Assembly (NCBI RefSeq): GCF_001574435.1
Contig: NZ_LOCN01000024.1
Location: forward strand, 130,793 to 162,792
Direction of reading: 5' to 3'
DNA length: 32,000 nt
Source: Moritella sp. JT01
GTDB lineage: Bacteria > Pseudomonadota > Gammaproteobacteria > Enterobacterales > Moritellaceae
The notes under the pieces are model-generated. The model saw nothing but the letters and a program-made list of their open reading frames with translations, ran no database searches and was not told the DNA's origin. This document shows, in pieces, positions 17,796-27,067 of the stretch. How positions within the stretch are numbered: the first letter of the stretch is position 1; the number at the start of each line of letters is the position of its first letter. Position numbers and translations under genes: made by a program.

Positions 17796-18920
17796 TTAGA
17801 GACGGAAGCTAAGTGTAATATCGAAGCTTATGCCACCAAATGTAATCTCTGATGCATAGCCTGATTTAGAACCTGCATCGATATTATGTTTAGGGACGCT
17901 AATGATGCCTAGTTCTAACGAACCATTATCGGGGAAGCTAATTTCAGTACCTACTCTAAACGCAACGGCATGGTAATTTTTGAATAATATTTGACCAATA
18001 CCGATATAAGGTTTGAATTTAATTTTTTGGTTCCAATCTGGCATTAATAATAAAATTCGACCTTCGATGTTTACACCGGCTAAGTTTATAATGTCTCTAT
18101 TTTCAAGGTTTGTGATCGCATCAAAGATAATTGCGTAATCAAGGTAAGGTGTGAAACCTGAAGATTTATTGTTACGCACACCAATTGTTGTGAACTTATC
18201 TACAATCGTAGCTTTACCTGTGCTTGTGTTTAATCGTTTAGCTTCAAGACCCCAAACACCTAAAGTAACTGCCCAGTCTGATTTTTTTGAAAAACCAATA
18301 TCCGAATTTATCTCAACGGTTTCAGATATATTTTTAGCCCATATCACATCCATCGTTTTTGCATTAACAAGTTTTAGTTGCAGATCGTAAACGTCATCAT
18401 GAACTGATGCATCCCACATTAGAAAAGCATTCGCACGAATGTCTTTCGCCATTGTTTGTAATTCTTTATTTGTTTCGGCGCTATGTTTCACACGCACACT
18501 GCCATTTTTTACAGTGATATATGTTTTAGAGCATTGAACACATGTTTTAACTCGTATGTCGTTGTCAATAAGGCTTAATGATAATTTATTTTCGATTAAG
18601 CTTAATGTTGTTTTGTCTAGTTGGTGCTGTAATCTATCACCGGTATGGTAGAGGGCAACTGTTCTAATATTTTGATCAGAAAGTTCCCAGGGAAGTTCTC
18701 CCCAGATATCTTTACGGTCAAAAATATTTAAAAATACAAGGTATGATTGGCTAGGGGTAATATTCGATGGCGTTAAAGCTTGATGAGTTATTTCTGATTG
18801 TTCGTCATTGTCGGTAATTTCTGCGGAATTGCTGAATGGGATATATGCGATTGAAATTATACAAAAAGAAAAAAGATATAAAAAGAATGATTTTTTTATA
18901 TCAAAAAATGAACGTGTCAT
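17796..18920 (-). CDS. Secreted/outer-membrane protein, FlgO/CsgG/TolB-N-like N-terminal half and beta-barrel-like C-terminal half
   Basis: 374 aa. Signal-like hydrophobic N-terminus. Central KELQTMAKDIRANAFLMWDASVHDDVYDLQLKLVNAKTMDVIWAKNIS resembles FlgO/LpoB-type folds. C-terminal alternating strands (FTPYLDYAIIFDAI...KIKFKPYIGIGQILFKNYHAVAFRVGTEISF...EITFGGISFDITLSFRL) end in an aromatic-rich strand typical of OM barrels. Confidence 0.5.
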   Translation of the reverse strand: MTRSFFDIKKSFFLYLFSFCIISIAYIPFSNSAEITDNDEQSEITHQALTPSNITPSQSYLVFLNIFDRKDIWGELPWELSDQNIRTVALYHTGDRLQHQLDKTTLSLIENKLSLSLIDNDIRVKTCVQCSKTYITVKNGSVRVKHSAETNKELQTMAKDIRANAFLMWDASVHDDVYDLQLKLVNAKTMDVIWAKNISETVEINSDIGFSKKSDWAVTLGVWGLEAKRLNTSTGKATIVDKFTTIGVRNNKSSGFTPYLDYAIIFDAITNLENRDIINLAGVNIEGRILLLMPDWNQKIKFKPYIGIGQILFKNYHAVAFRVGTEISFPDNGSLELGIISVPKHNIDAGSKSGYASEITFGGISFDITLSFRL

Positions 18921-19242
18921 GGAATGCCTTTTTTATATTTTAATAAGTATATTAATGTATTAGTGTATCTATTTTCAGATTTTTAAACTGTAAGTAATAT
19001 GTAAGCTGACCGTAATGGAGTGTAAATAATCAGGAGAGGGGGCTGTAAATTACACCTGCCTAGGAAATTCAATCATATTAAACTTATTGATTAATTCAGG
19101 CATAAGGCCGATCAAGGTGATACATAGCATTGGCTAATATGAATCGTGCTTTATACCAATTTTTCAATTGAGGTATCTCCTTTAAACGTGTTGAAAGTGG
19201 TATTATTCTGCAATTCATTTACTAATTATTGAAGGGTGTTTA

Positions 19243-20127
19243 ATGTCTGATGTTGTAATTCATCAAGTACGACCAACTAAGGTTCTTTTTACTCAAGGAA
19301 TCATGCAATCTTTAACTCAAGTACAGTGGGTTGAGCAAACAGACACCAGTACTTATGTGGTTACTGAAAAAACACCGTTTCACCCGGTAAGTCATATCTG
19401 GCCAGATCATCCTGCGGATAAAGGGTTTTTAGTATTTAACGGTAAGCAATACACAGTCACAGATTGCGTGACGGGTGCTTTTGATATTGAAAATAGTAAG
19501 CTATATAAAGGTACAGATATACCAGTAAAACGTGGCGAGCCCGGCTGGTATTTTGTTGTCTTACACGAATTAGAATTAGACATGGCATTAAACATTAATG
19601 ATGCTGTTGAATTAGTTGTTGATGCAAGGTATCAAACGGCGTTAAGTCGGGGGCACAGTGCAGGGCATTTGGCTTCTTATGCGTTAAATAAGGTTTTAGA
19701 ACAAGGTTACTGGCGTAAAGATGCATCACGCAAAGATGTATTAAATAATCGCGACTTTCATTCATACGCACAAACATTAAGTTTGGTCTCTGAAAACAAA
19801 TCGACGGACAGTTACCGTTTAGGTAAAACGTTGAAAAAACGAGGCCTTAATGTGGCAGAAATACTTGCAGATCTATCACTCATTGAAGCGAGGGTTAATG
19901 ACGTACTGGCAACCTGGCTTGCGACTAACGCATCTGTTGTGATGAAGTGTGAAGGTGATACGCTTACAGACTCTCGCTTTTGGTGTTGCGATTTAGGTAT
20001 TGGAGAAAGTATCACTATGCCTTGTGGAGGCTCACATGTGCAAAGTTTGACTGAATATAAAGATATAACGATTGAGTTAACATTTAAGTCTGACCAAGAA
20101 CTAGAGATGATCACAAAGGCTAATTAA
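19243..20127 (+). CDS. Alanyl-tRNA editing / AlaX-like (threonyl/alanyl second additional domain) protein
   Basis: 294 aa. Zn-site-like HSAGH (RGHSAGHLASYAL) and C-x3-H (MPCGGSHVQSLTEY) motifs characteristic of the ThrRS/AlaRS SAD superfamily. N-terminal VQWVEQTDTSTYVVTEKTPFHP resembles AlaX domain entry. Confidence 0.8.
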   Translation: MSDVVIHQVRPTKVLFTQGIMQSLTQVQWVEQTDTSTYVVTEKTPFHPVSHIWPDHPADKGFLVFNGKQYTVTDCVTGAFDIENSKLYKGTDIPVKRGEPGWYFVVLHELELDMALNINDAVELVVDARYQTALSRGHSAGHLASYALNKVLEQGYWRKDASRKDVLNNRDFHSYAQTLSLVSENKSTDSYRLGKTLKKRGLNVAEILADLSLIEARVNDVLATWLATNASVVMKCEGDTLTDSRFWCCDLGIGESITMPCGGSHVQSLTEYKDITIELTFKSDQELEMITKAN

Positions 20128-20172
20128 AAATAACCCTAACGGATGCATCAACATATACATCATAAACGTTGA

Positions 20173-20205
20173 AGAGGTTCGTTTAAATTTGTTATTTGAA
20201 CCTCT
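20173..20205. terminator. Inverted repeat between convergent genes, possible bidirectional terminator
   Basis: AGAGGTTC (20173-20180) / GAACCTCT (20198-20205) with a 17-nt AT-rich loop, located between the convergent 20127 and 20221 stops. Confidence 0.4.
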
Positions 20206-20220
20206 ATATGCCATTAACCT

Positions 20221-21477
20221 CTATTTATACAATGACTCTGCTTTTACATGCTTAACAAAACCAGGATAACATTGGGATAATAATGTCAAAACAGATAATG
20301 CAATAAACATACTTGCCAAGACAAGCTCAGTATCTGGCAGGTGAGCACTCAATTGAGTAAGACTAAATAAACCAAGCATCTGTAATGCACCAAAGGTGGC
20401 TCCCACTTGTCCTTTATGATTAGGAAATAAATACAGTGCACTTACGGCGGCTGTTGCTGTCAACAATCCCGATGAGAACGCATATAAACAGATCGCGATT
20501 AACATCAGAGTGAATAAGTGTAGTTCAATATTAAGGACGAGCAGACCACTCGCTACTAACATCATTGCTCCACCGGTAAGTAACATACGCCTTTTTGTGA
20601 CATGTGTTTTAAGGTAATAGCTAAAAAATAATCTGCTAGCAATCGTACAACTGACGATTAAAATAGAAGTAAGCCCAAAGGATTTAGGTTCCAAACCATA
20701 ATCGTGAAAAGAGACAAAGGAACCAATAATATAAAAAATCATAATTCCACCACTCGCCGCAACCATCATTAAAAGATAAATCCAAAATATTGGATTCTTA
20801 ATTATCATCCAATAGTCTGCAACGAGTGTTTTCATTACTAACGCATCCGGATTTTTTTGTGTATGTGTTTCCGTTAAAAATAAGAATGTAAATAATAAAA
20901 TCAGCAGTGATAGTACAAGCATAAACTTAAAATTTGAACGCCAACCTAAATAGCTCTGTAATAGACCGCCAATGGCAGGTGCTAGGGCGGGTATAGACAT
21001 GAATAAAATACTAAACCAGGCGAGTATTCCAATGAGTTCTTCTTTACTTAATGAATCTTGCAATATTGTAAAACATAATAAATACAATGCACTGACTCCG
21101 ATCCCTTGAATGCAGCGTCCTATTATTAACATCGTTATATTAGTTGAAAATAAACACACGAGTGTACCAACCACAAACACTACTGCGCCTATTAGAACCA
21201 AAGGGCGTCTTCCGAAACGCTCGGAAGCAACGCCAACAACGAGCTGACTACAAGCGACGGACACAAAAAATACGCTGATGGTTTGTTGCACCGTAGACGC
21301 TGTACTTGAAAATGCATCAACAATAAATGGAAGACTAGGGGCAAACATATCGGCAGCAAAAAAATAACTACATGCCATCAATAAGCTGATTAATACAAGA
21401 CGATAAATAAGTTTAGTATCTCTTAAATCGACATGACTATTATCACGTTTACTGACCGTTTTATTTGTTATTGACAT
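20221..21477 (-). CDS. MFS multidrug transporter, Bcr/CflA family
   Basis: About 12 hydrophobic segments; FAPSLPFIVDAFSSTASTVQQTISVFFVSVACSQLVVGVASERFGRRPLVLIG is a typical MFS motif A context for Bcr/CflA. The internal ATG at 21477 has GGAG upstream (gtggagaatatcgATG) and is preferred to the track start at 21522. Confidence 0.9.
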   Translation of the reverse strand: MSITNKTVSKRDNSHVDLRDTKLIYRLVLISLLMACSYFFAADMFAPSLPFIVDAFSSTASTVQQTISVFFVSVACSQLVVGVASERFGRRPLVLIGAVVFVVGTLVCLFSTNITMLIIGRCIQGIGVSALYLLCFTILQDSLSKEELIGILAWFSILFMSIPALAPAIGGLLQSYLGWRSNFKFMLVLSLLILLFTFLFLTETHTQKNPDALVMKTLVADYWMIIKNPIFWIYLLMMVAASGGIMIFYIIGSFVSFHDYGLEPKSFGLTSILIVSCTIASRLFFSYYLKTHVTKRRMLLTGGAMMLVASGLLVLNIELHLFTLMLIAICLYAFSSGLLTATAAVSALYLFPNHKGQVGATFGALQMLGLFSLTQLSAHLPDTELVLASMFIALSVLTLLSQCYPGFVKHVKAESLYK

Positions 21478-21826
21478 CGATATTCTCCACATGATTAATG
21501 CGCGAAGACTATCATTTAACAATGGTAGGACTCAATAAATATAACCGCTGGTATATCAATGACTTATGTTTGCGTGTATTGGTGGGTACAAGGGGGTAAA
21601 TAAGCCCCGTAAGGGACGTTCGCTATGTGAAAGGTAAGCGATGGTTAATAAATTAAATTAGCTTATTGTAAATACAATGAGCAGTGATTACTGGCTAGTT
21701 TATAGAGTGAGCGATTAGGATGAATTAATAACAAAACAATGTCATATTTCACATCCTAATCTTCAGGGATAATCCCAGTTTGATATATTGTTTTCATCTA
21801 CAGGTATATAAAGTTATTATCTCGGG

Positions 21827-22282
21827 TTAAGCACTAATACCGGATTGATATCCTGGTACGCGAAATAGCTTACGACATAAATCAAGAAATTGACCGTAAA
21901 ATACACCGACAAAGCATGACACGACAGCGTTACTTGATACCGCTGTTACGATTTTCTCAACATCAGCACCGACAGATAATAGAATTAAGGCATAAACAGG
22001 TGATTGGAAAGATACATACGCAAACGTATCACCAAATTGTTTTGTTAGTTTATTCTTAACTAATTTAGCACCAGTCCTAATAATAAAGTCACGATATAAA
22101 CCATATGGGTATGCAATGGCGATGTTGACCGGAATAGAAACTACACGGGAAGCTAAAGATCGTTCAAACGACATCCCAGAGACAAAAATCTCAATCAACA
22201 TTCCCACAACAAAGCTAAATACGACCATTGCGAATGTGTCAGCTGCGGCATTACGAACGCAGAAAGGGGCTTTAACTTGCAC
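21827..22282 (-). CDS. alaE: L-alanine exporter AlaE
   Basis: 151 aa, very close to recalled E. coli AlaE: AADTFAMVVFSF...GMSFERSLASRVVSIPVNIAIAYPYGLYRDF...YVSFQSPVYALILLSVGAD...AVSSNAVVS...YGQFLDLCRKLFRV. Confidence 0.93.
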   Translation of the reverse strand: MQVKAPFCVRNAAADTFAMVVFSFVVGMLIEIFVSGMSFERSLASRVVSIPVNIAIAYPYGLYRDFIIRTGAKLVKNKLTKQFGDTFAYVSFQSPVYALILLSVGADVEKIVTAVSSNAVVSCFVGVFYGQFLDLCRKLFRVPGYQSGISA

Positions 22283-22590
22283 TTGCTTATCTCCAACTAG
22301 ATTAATATCGTGTAATAATTGATTTATTCATCACTTATAAACTGGGTGTTTATCTGCGAGTGGAATATGTGGCTATTAAATCACGTATCAAGCAGTTTTA
22401 ATCACTAAAGATAAGTTGGTTTTTAAGTTTTTTATGTATTTAATACTGGGAATCTATAGAAAACAGAGAGTAAATGCTGGGCAATACAAAATATGTGGCA
22501 AATTAACGTGACGCACTTCAAATTACTGACCGAAATAAACGGTCAGCATCTCGTAAGTTACAATTGTTTGTTGACATTCGAGTCAGTTAA

Positions 22591-23430
22591 TTAAGCTTTT
22601 AATGTGATTTCATAGCTTGTGAATTTACGCATGTTGATCACACCAGTATCAAAAAACAGATATTGACCTTTAATACCTTGTAGTATGCCTGTTACAACAG
22701 GTTCTTTATCAAAGTTGTGTGAAACTATTTTAGTCGGGTGCTGAGTAACAGGGTAGTTAATGGTCACAATATCCCCTTCGAGTTCCTCGATTGCATCTAA
22801 ACCATACATCATTTCAATATGACCTAATTGTTCTTCAATTAAAGGCATTAAACGTGCTGCTTCCGCTTTTAAATCAATATCTGCGTTTTCGCCTTTAAGC
22901 ATGGTACGCCAGTTGGTTTTATCACCAATAAATTCAGCTAATGCGGTTTCGACTAATCCTGATATTTGTCTGGTTTTTACTTTAAATATCGGTAAACCTT
23001 GTGTTGCACCTTGATCAATCCAACGGGTTGGTAATTGAGTATGACGGGTAATACCTACTTTTAATGCAGACGTATTTGAAAGGTATACATAGTGGTCAGT
23101 CATACAGAAATCATCGGCCCATTCTGGTTGACGACAAGTTCCGTACTCATAATGACACGTTTCTGGTTTCATGATGCACATATCACAACTGGCTAGCTTG
23201 CGTGTACAAACAAAACAATGGCCTTGTGAATAGCTCTTCTTTGTTTTCTTTCCACAGTTTAAGCAATGTATGTTGCCTGTGTGCGTGAGTGTGATTGATT
23301 TACCGATAAGTTCGTTTAACGGAATAAGTGTATCGTCGAGTGGTAATTGGTAACTGACACTATTATCTGCATTAAGTGTTGAAACCATTTTACTGATATG
23401 GCCTGTGTATGACATTTTATGATATTCCAT
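22591..23430 (-). CDS. DUF2797-family protein with Cys-rich zinc-like N-terminus
   Basis: 279 aa. HCLNCGKKTKKSYSQGHCFVCTRKLASCDMCIMKPETCHYEYGTCRQPEWADDFCMTDHYVYLSNTSALKVGITRHTQLPTRWIDQGA. The true start may be the ATG at 23415. Confidence 0.8.
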   Translation of the reverse strand: MEYHKMSYTGHISKMVSTLNADNSVSYQLPLDDTLIPLNELIGKSITLTHTGNIHCLNCGKKTKKSYSQGHCFVCTRKLASCDMCIMKPETCHYEYGTCRQPEWADDFCMTDHYVYLSNTSALKVGITRHTQLPTRWIDQGATQGLPIFKVKTRQISGLVETALAEFIGDKTNWRTMLKGENADIDLKAEAARLMPLIEEQLGHIEMMYGLDAIEELEGDIVTINYPVTQHPTKIVSHNFDKEPVVTGILQGIKGQYLFFDTGVINMRKFTSYEITLKA

Positions 23431-23755
23431 TGCTCGTGAAATTATTTTAGGCTTACGTTGTTTGTTAATTTACGTGTCTCTTCTTATTATAGGGGGATTA
23501 ATCTACGTAAGATTAACAAAAGCCGTGTAATTATAATGTAATTCTATATAATACTGGGTCTGAAATTTCTTTCTACTTATTGTTATCACTTTTAGTTTTT
23601 AGATGGCAAAATGCCCAGATTGGATTTTAGTTCTTTATTTACATTAGGTACGTTACTTTGTGTATATAAAAGAAAAATTATCACACGATGTTTAATCACA
23701 TCTTAATTTATGCAAACGCTGCATCGTAGGCAGCATCACTGCAAAAGGATATAAA

Positions 23756-25690
23756 ATGCCTGTAATTACTCTTCCAGATGGCGCTCAGCGTCAATTTGAC
23801 AACCCAGTAACGATTATGGAAGTTGCTGCAGATATCAGTTCTGGTCTTGCTAAAGCGTGTATCGCTGGCCGCATTAATGGTGAACGTGTTGACGCATGTG
23901 ACCTGATCACTGAAGACGCTGCAATTGAAATCATTACTTCTAAAGATGCTGATGGTCTAGAGATCCTACGCCATTCTTGTGCGCATTTACTTGGTCATGC
24001 TATTAAGCAATTATGGCCAAACACCAAGATGGCTATTGGCCCTACCATTGATAAAGGCTTCTATTATGATGTCGATATGGAAGAACCAATTAGTGAAGCT
24101 GATTTAGCTAAGCTAGAAAAACACATGAACAAACTGGTTAAGACCAACTATCAAGTAATTAAGAAAGTTGTATCTTGGCAAGAAGCACGTGACACGTTTG
24201 AAGAACGTGGTGAGACTTATAAAGTAGCTATCTTAGACGAGAACATCGGTAAAGATGAAACGCCTGCTTTATATTTCCATGAAGAATACGTAGATATGTG
24301 TCGTGGCCCACACGTACCAGTCATGAAGCATTGCCAGCATTTCAAATTAATGTCTATTGCAGGCGCATACTGGCGCGGTAACTCAGACAATAAGATGTTA
24401 CAACGTATATATGGTACAGCTTGGACTGATAAGAAAGAGCTAAAAGCACATATTGAACGTCTTGCTGAAGCTGAGAAGCGTGATCACCGTAAAATTGGTA
24501 AGCAACTTGATCTTTACCATATGCAAGAAGATGCACCAGGTATGGTGTTCTGGCATAACGATGGTTGGATTATTTTCCGTGAGTTAGAAAATTTAATTCG
24601 TGAAAAATTACGTGAATTTGATTACCAAGAAGTGAAAGGTCCACAAATCATGGATCGTAGCTTATGGGAAAAATCAGGTCATTGGGATAAATATTCAGAA
24701 GGTATGTTCTGTACTCATTCAGAAAACCGTGAATATGCGATTAAACCAATGAACTGTCCGGGCCACGTTCAGATTTATAACCAAGGTTTAAAATCTTACC
24801 GTGATTTACCATTACGTATGGCTGAGTTTGGTTCATGTCACCGTAATGAACCATCGGGTTCGCTACATGGCTTAATGCGTGTACGTGGCTTCACACAAGA
24901 CGATGCACACATCTTCTGTACTGAAAGCCAAATTCAGAAAGAAGTATCTGATTGTATCAAGATGGTTTTTGAAACTTACGCTACATTTGGTTTCGAGAAT
25001 ATTGAGATTAAATTATCAACACGTCCTGAAAAACGTGTAGGTAGTGATGAGACTTGGGATAAATCTGAGCAGGCACTTGCTGATGCATTAACTGCTAGTG
25101 GCTTAAGTTATGATGTGCAAGAAGGCGAGGGTGCGTTTTATGGTCCTAAGATTGAATTCACACTACATGACTGCTTAGATCGTGCATGGCAATGTGGTAC
25201 AATTCAGCTAGACTTCTCAATGCCTGAGAAATTAGGTGCGGAATATGTGTGTGAAAGTAACGGTCGTGAGACGCCTGTTATGATTCACCGAGCGATTTTA
25301 GGTTCACTTGAGCGCTTCATTGGTATTCTAATTGAAGAATATGCAGGACTTTTCCCTACTTGGTTATCACCTGTACAAGCTGTTATTATGAACATAACAG
25401 ACAAACAGGCTGTTTTTGCTACAGAATTTGTAGAAAAAATGAAGAAAGTAGGCATTAGAGCAAAATTAGACTTGAGAAATGAGAAGATAGGCTTTAAAAT
25501 CCGCGAACATACTTTGAAACGTGTGCCGTATCTTTTGGTCATCGGCGATAAAGAAGTCGAATCAGGAGAAATAGCAGTACGTACTCGTAAGGGCGTTGAC
25601 TTAGGTACTATGAAGTTAGATGACTTCATCAGTAAATTACAAACCGAAGTCAATAGCCGCGGTAAAACAACTTTGGAGGATTCGTTATAA
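23756..25690 (+). CDS. thrS: Threonyl-tRNA synthetase
   Basis: 644 aa. TGS domain [24 protein letters not shown]; [10 protein letters not shown]; RPMNCPGH-type [13 protein letters not shown]; [13 protein letters not shown]; C-terminal anticodon domain. Followed by infC-rpmI-rplT. Confidence 0.98.
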   Translation: MPVITLPDGAQRQFDNPVTIMEVAADISSGLAKACIAGRINGERVDACDLITEDAAIEIITSKDADGLEILRHSCAHLLGHAIKQLWPNTKMAIGPTIDKGFYYDVDMEEPISEADLAKLEKHMNKLVKTNYQVIKKVVSWQEARDTFEERGETYKVAILDENIGKDETPALYFHEEYVDMCRGPHVPVMKHCQHFKLMSIAGAYWRGNSDNKMLQRIYGTAWTDKKELKAHIERLAEAEKRDHRKIGKQLDLYHMQEDAPGMVFWHNDGWIIFRELENLIREKLREFDYQEVKGPQIMDRSLWEKSGHWDKYSEGMFCTHSENREYAIKPMNCPGHVQIYNQGLKSYRDLPLRMAEFGSCHRNEPSGSLHGLMRVRGFTQDDAHIFCTESQIQKEVSDCIKMVFETYATFGFENIEIKLSTRPEKRVGSDETWDKSEQALADALTASGLSYDVQEGEGAFYGPKIEFTLHDCLDRAWQCGTIQLDFSMPEKLGAEYVCESNGRETPVMIHRAILGSLERFIGILIEEYAGLFPTWLSPVQAVIMNITDKQAVFATEFVEKMKKVGIRAKLDLRNEKIGFKIREHTLKRVPYLLVIGDKEVESGEIAVRTRKGVDLGTMKLDDFISKLQTEVNSRGKTTLEDSL

Positions 25691-26229
25691 AAGGCGGAAA
25701 AAAAGGTCAACAACAAACGACCAGACAACATCGTATCAACGAAGAAATTCGTATACCTGAATGTCGCTTAAACGGTGCTGATGGTGAAGTGATTGGAATC
25801 GTATCTATAAGAGAAGCTCTTGCTATCGCAGAAGAAGCTAGTTTAGATCTTGTAGAAATTAGCCCGAATGCCGAGCCTCCTGTTTGCCGTGTCATGGATT
25901 ACGGTAAATTTATATACGAGAAAAGTAAGTCTGTTAAAGAGCAGAAGAAAAAGCAAGTTCGGGTTCAGGTTAAGGAAATAAAATTCCGACCTGGAACTGA
26001 TGTTGGCGATTATCAGGTAAAACTACGCAACCTGACTCGCTTCCTCGAAGAAGGTAACAAAGCAAAAATTACGCTGCGTTTCCGAGGTCGAGAAATGGCG
26101 CACCAGAGCTTAGGCTTTGATCTTTTAAATCGTATTAAAGAAGATTTAAAAGAAATTGCAGTCGTGGAAGCTTTCCCGAAAATGGAAGGTCGCCAAGCTG
26201 TAATGGTGTTAGCCCCTAAAAAGAAATAG
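25687..26229 (+). CDS. infC: Translation initiation factor IF-3
   Basis: The track starts at 25789, but the frame is open upstream with IF3 N-terminal homology: (ATA)[43 protein letters not shown], matching recalled E. coli [28 protein letters not shown]. GGAGG at 25675-25679 sits 7 nt before ATA 25687. Total 180 aa. Confidence 0.95.
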   Translation: MKGGKKGQQQTTRQHRINEEIRIPECRLNGADGEVIGIVSIREALAIAEEASLDLVEISPNAEPPVCRVMDYGKFIYEKSKSVKEQKKKQVRVQVKEIKFRPGTDVGDYQVKLRNLTRFLEEGNKAKITLRFRGREMAHQSLGFDLLNRIKEDLKEIAVVEAFPKMEGRQAVMVLAPKKK

Positions 26230-26313
26230 TAAGTGCTTCCAAGTGATATGAGTACGTAAGTATTCATATTCGCCTTACTGTTATTCATTAATATTCAACA
26301 ATGCGGAGTTATA

Positions 26314-26508
26314 ATGCCTAAGTTGAAATCGAATAAAGGCGCTGCAAAGCGCTTTAAGAAAACCGCTAATGGTTTTAAACGCAAACAGTCTCACCTACGT
26401 CATATTTTGACCAAGAAGAGCACTAAACGTAAACGTCACCTTCGTGGTACGGAAATGGTTGCAAAGTGCGATGTTGCATCCGTTAAACGTATGCTTCCAT
26501 ACGCTTAA
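26314..26508 (+). CDS. rpmI: 50S ribosomal protein L35
   Basis: 64 aa. [45 protein letters not shown]. Confidence 0.98.
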   Translation: MPKLKSNKGAAKRFKKTANGFKRKQSHLRHILTKKSTKRKRHLRGTEMVAKCDVASVKRMLPYA

Positions 26509-26535
26509 TTTTAGATATAAAAGAGGAAAATAGTT

Positions 26536-26892
26536 ATGCCTAGAGTTAAACGCGGTGTTGTTGCACGTGCTCGTCATAAGAAAGTTTTAAAACAAGCTAA
26601 AGGTTATTACGGAGCTCGTTCACGAGTTTACCGTGTTGCTTTCCAAGCAGTTACAAAAGCTGGTCAATATGCTTACCGTGACCGTCGTCAACGTAAACGT
26701 CAATTCCGTCAATTATGGATTACACGTATTAACGCTGCTGCACGTCAAAATGGTATGTCTTACAGCCGTTTCATTAATGGCCTTAAACACGCCTCTATTG
26801 AAATCGATCGTAAGATCTTAGCAGACATTGCTGTATTCGATAAAGCGGCATTTACTGTACTAGTAAATAAAGCAAAAGAAGCAGTTGCTTAA
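26536..26892 (+). CDS. rplT: 50S ribosomal protein L20
   Basis: 118 aa. [62 protein letters not shown]. Confidence 0.98.
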   Translation: MPRVKRGVVARARHKKVLKQAKGYYGARSRVYRVAFQAVTKAGQYAYRDRRQRKRQFRQLWITRINAAARQNGMSYSRFINGLKHASIEIDRKILADIAVFDKAAFTVLVNKAKEAVA

Positions 26893-26919
26893 TTTTAATT
26901 AATTAAGTAAATGTTATTG

Positions 26920-26943
26920 AAGGAGGCCTCGGCCTCCTTTTTT
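26920..26943 (+). terminator. Rho-independent terminator after rplT
   Basis: AAGGAGGC-CTCG-GCCTCCTT followed by TTTT; 8-bp GC-rich stem. Confidence 0.9.
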
Positions 26944-27067
26944 AGTATTTGGCATAATAACGAAAATTATACCTATAAATAATTAATACTCTTGCCTTAT
27001 AAAATAGTTATAAACGCCTGTCCACACTGCCTCCTATATACTTGCATAATCCTTTTCTGTAATATCA

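Noticed and set aside
13943-18920. Fragment of an ordinary flagellar cluster
   Set aside because: No export, rod, hook, filament, FliM/N or chemotaxis genes appear on either side, and the FliF/FliG-like parts are fused and truncated. It remains possible that a conventional flagellar locus exists elsewhere in the genome.
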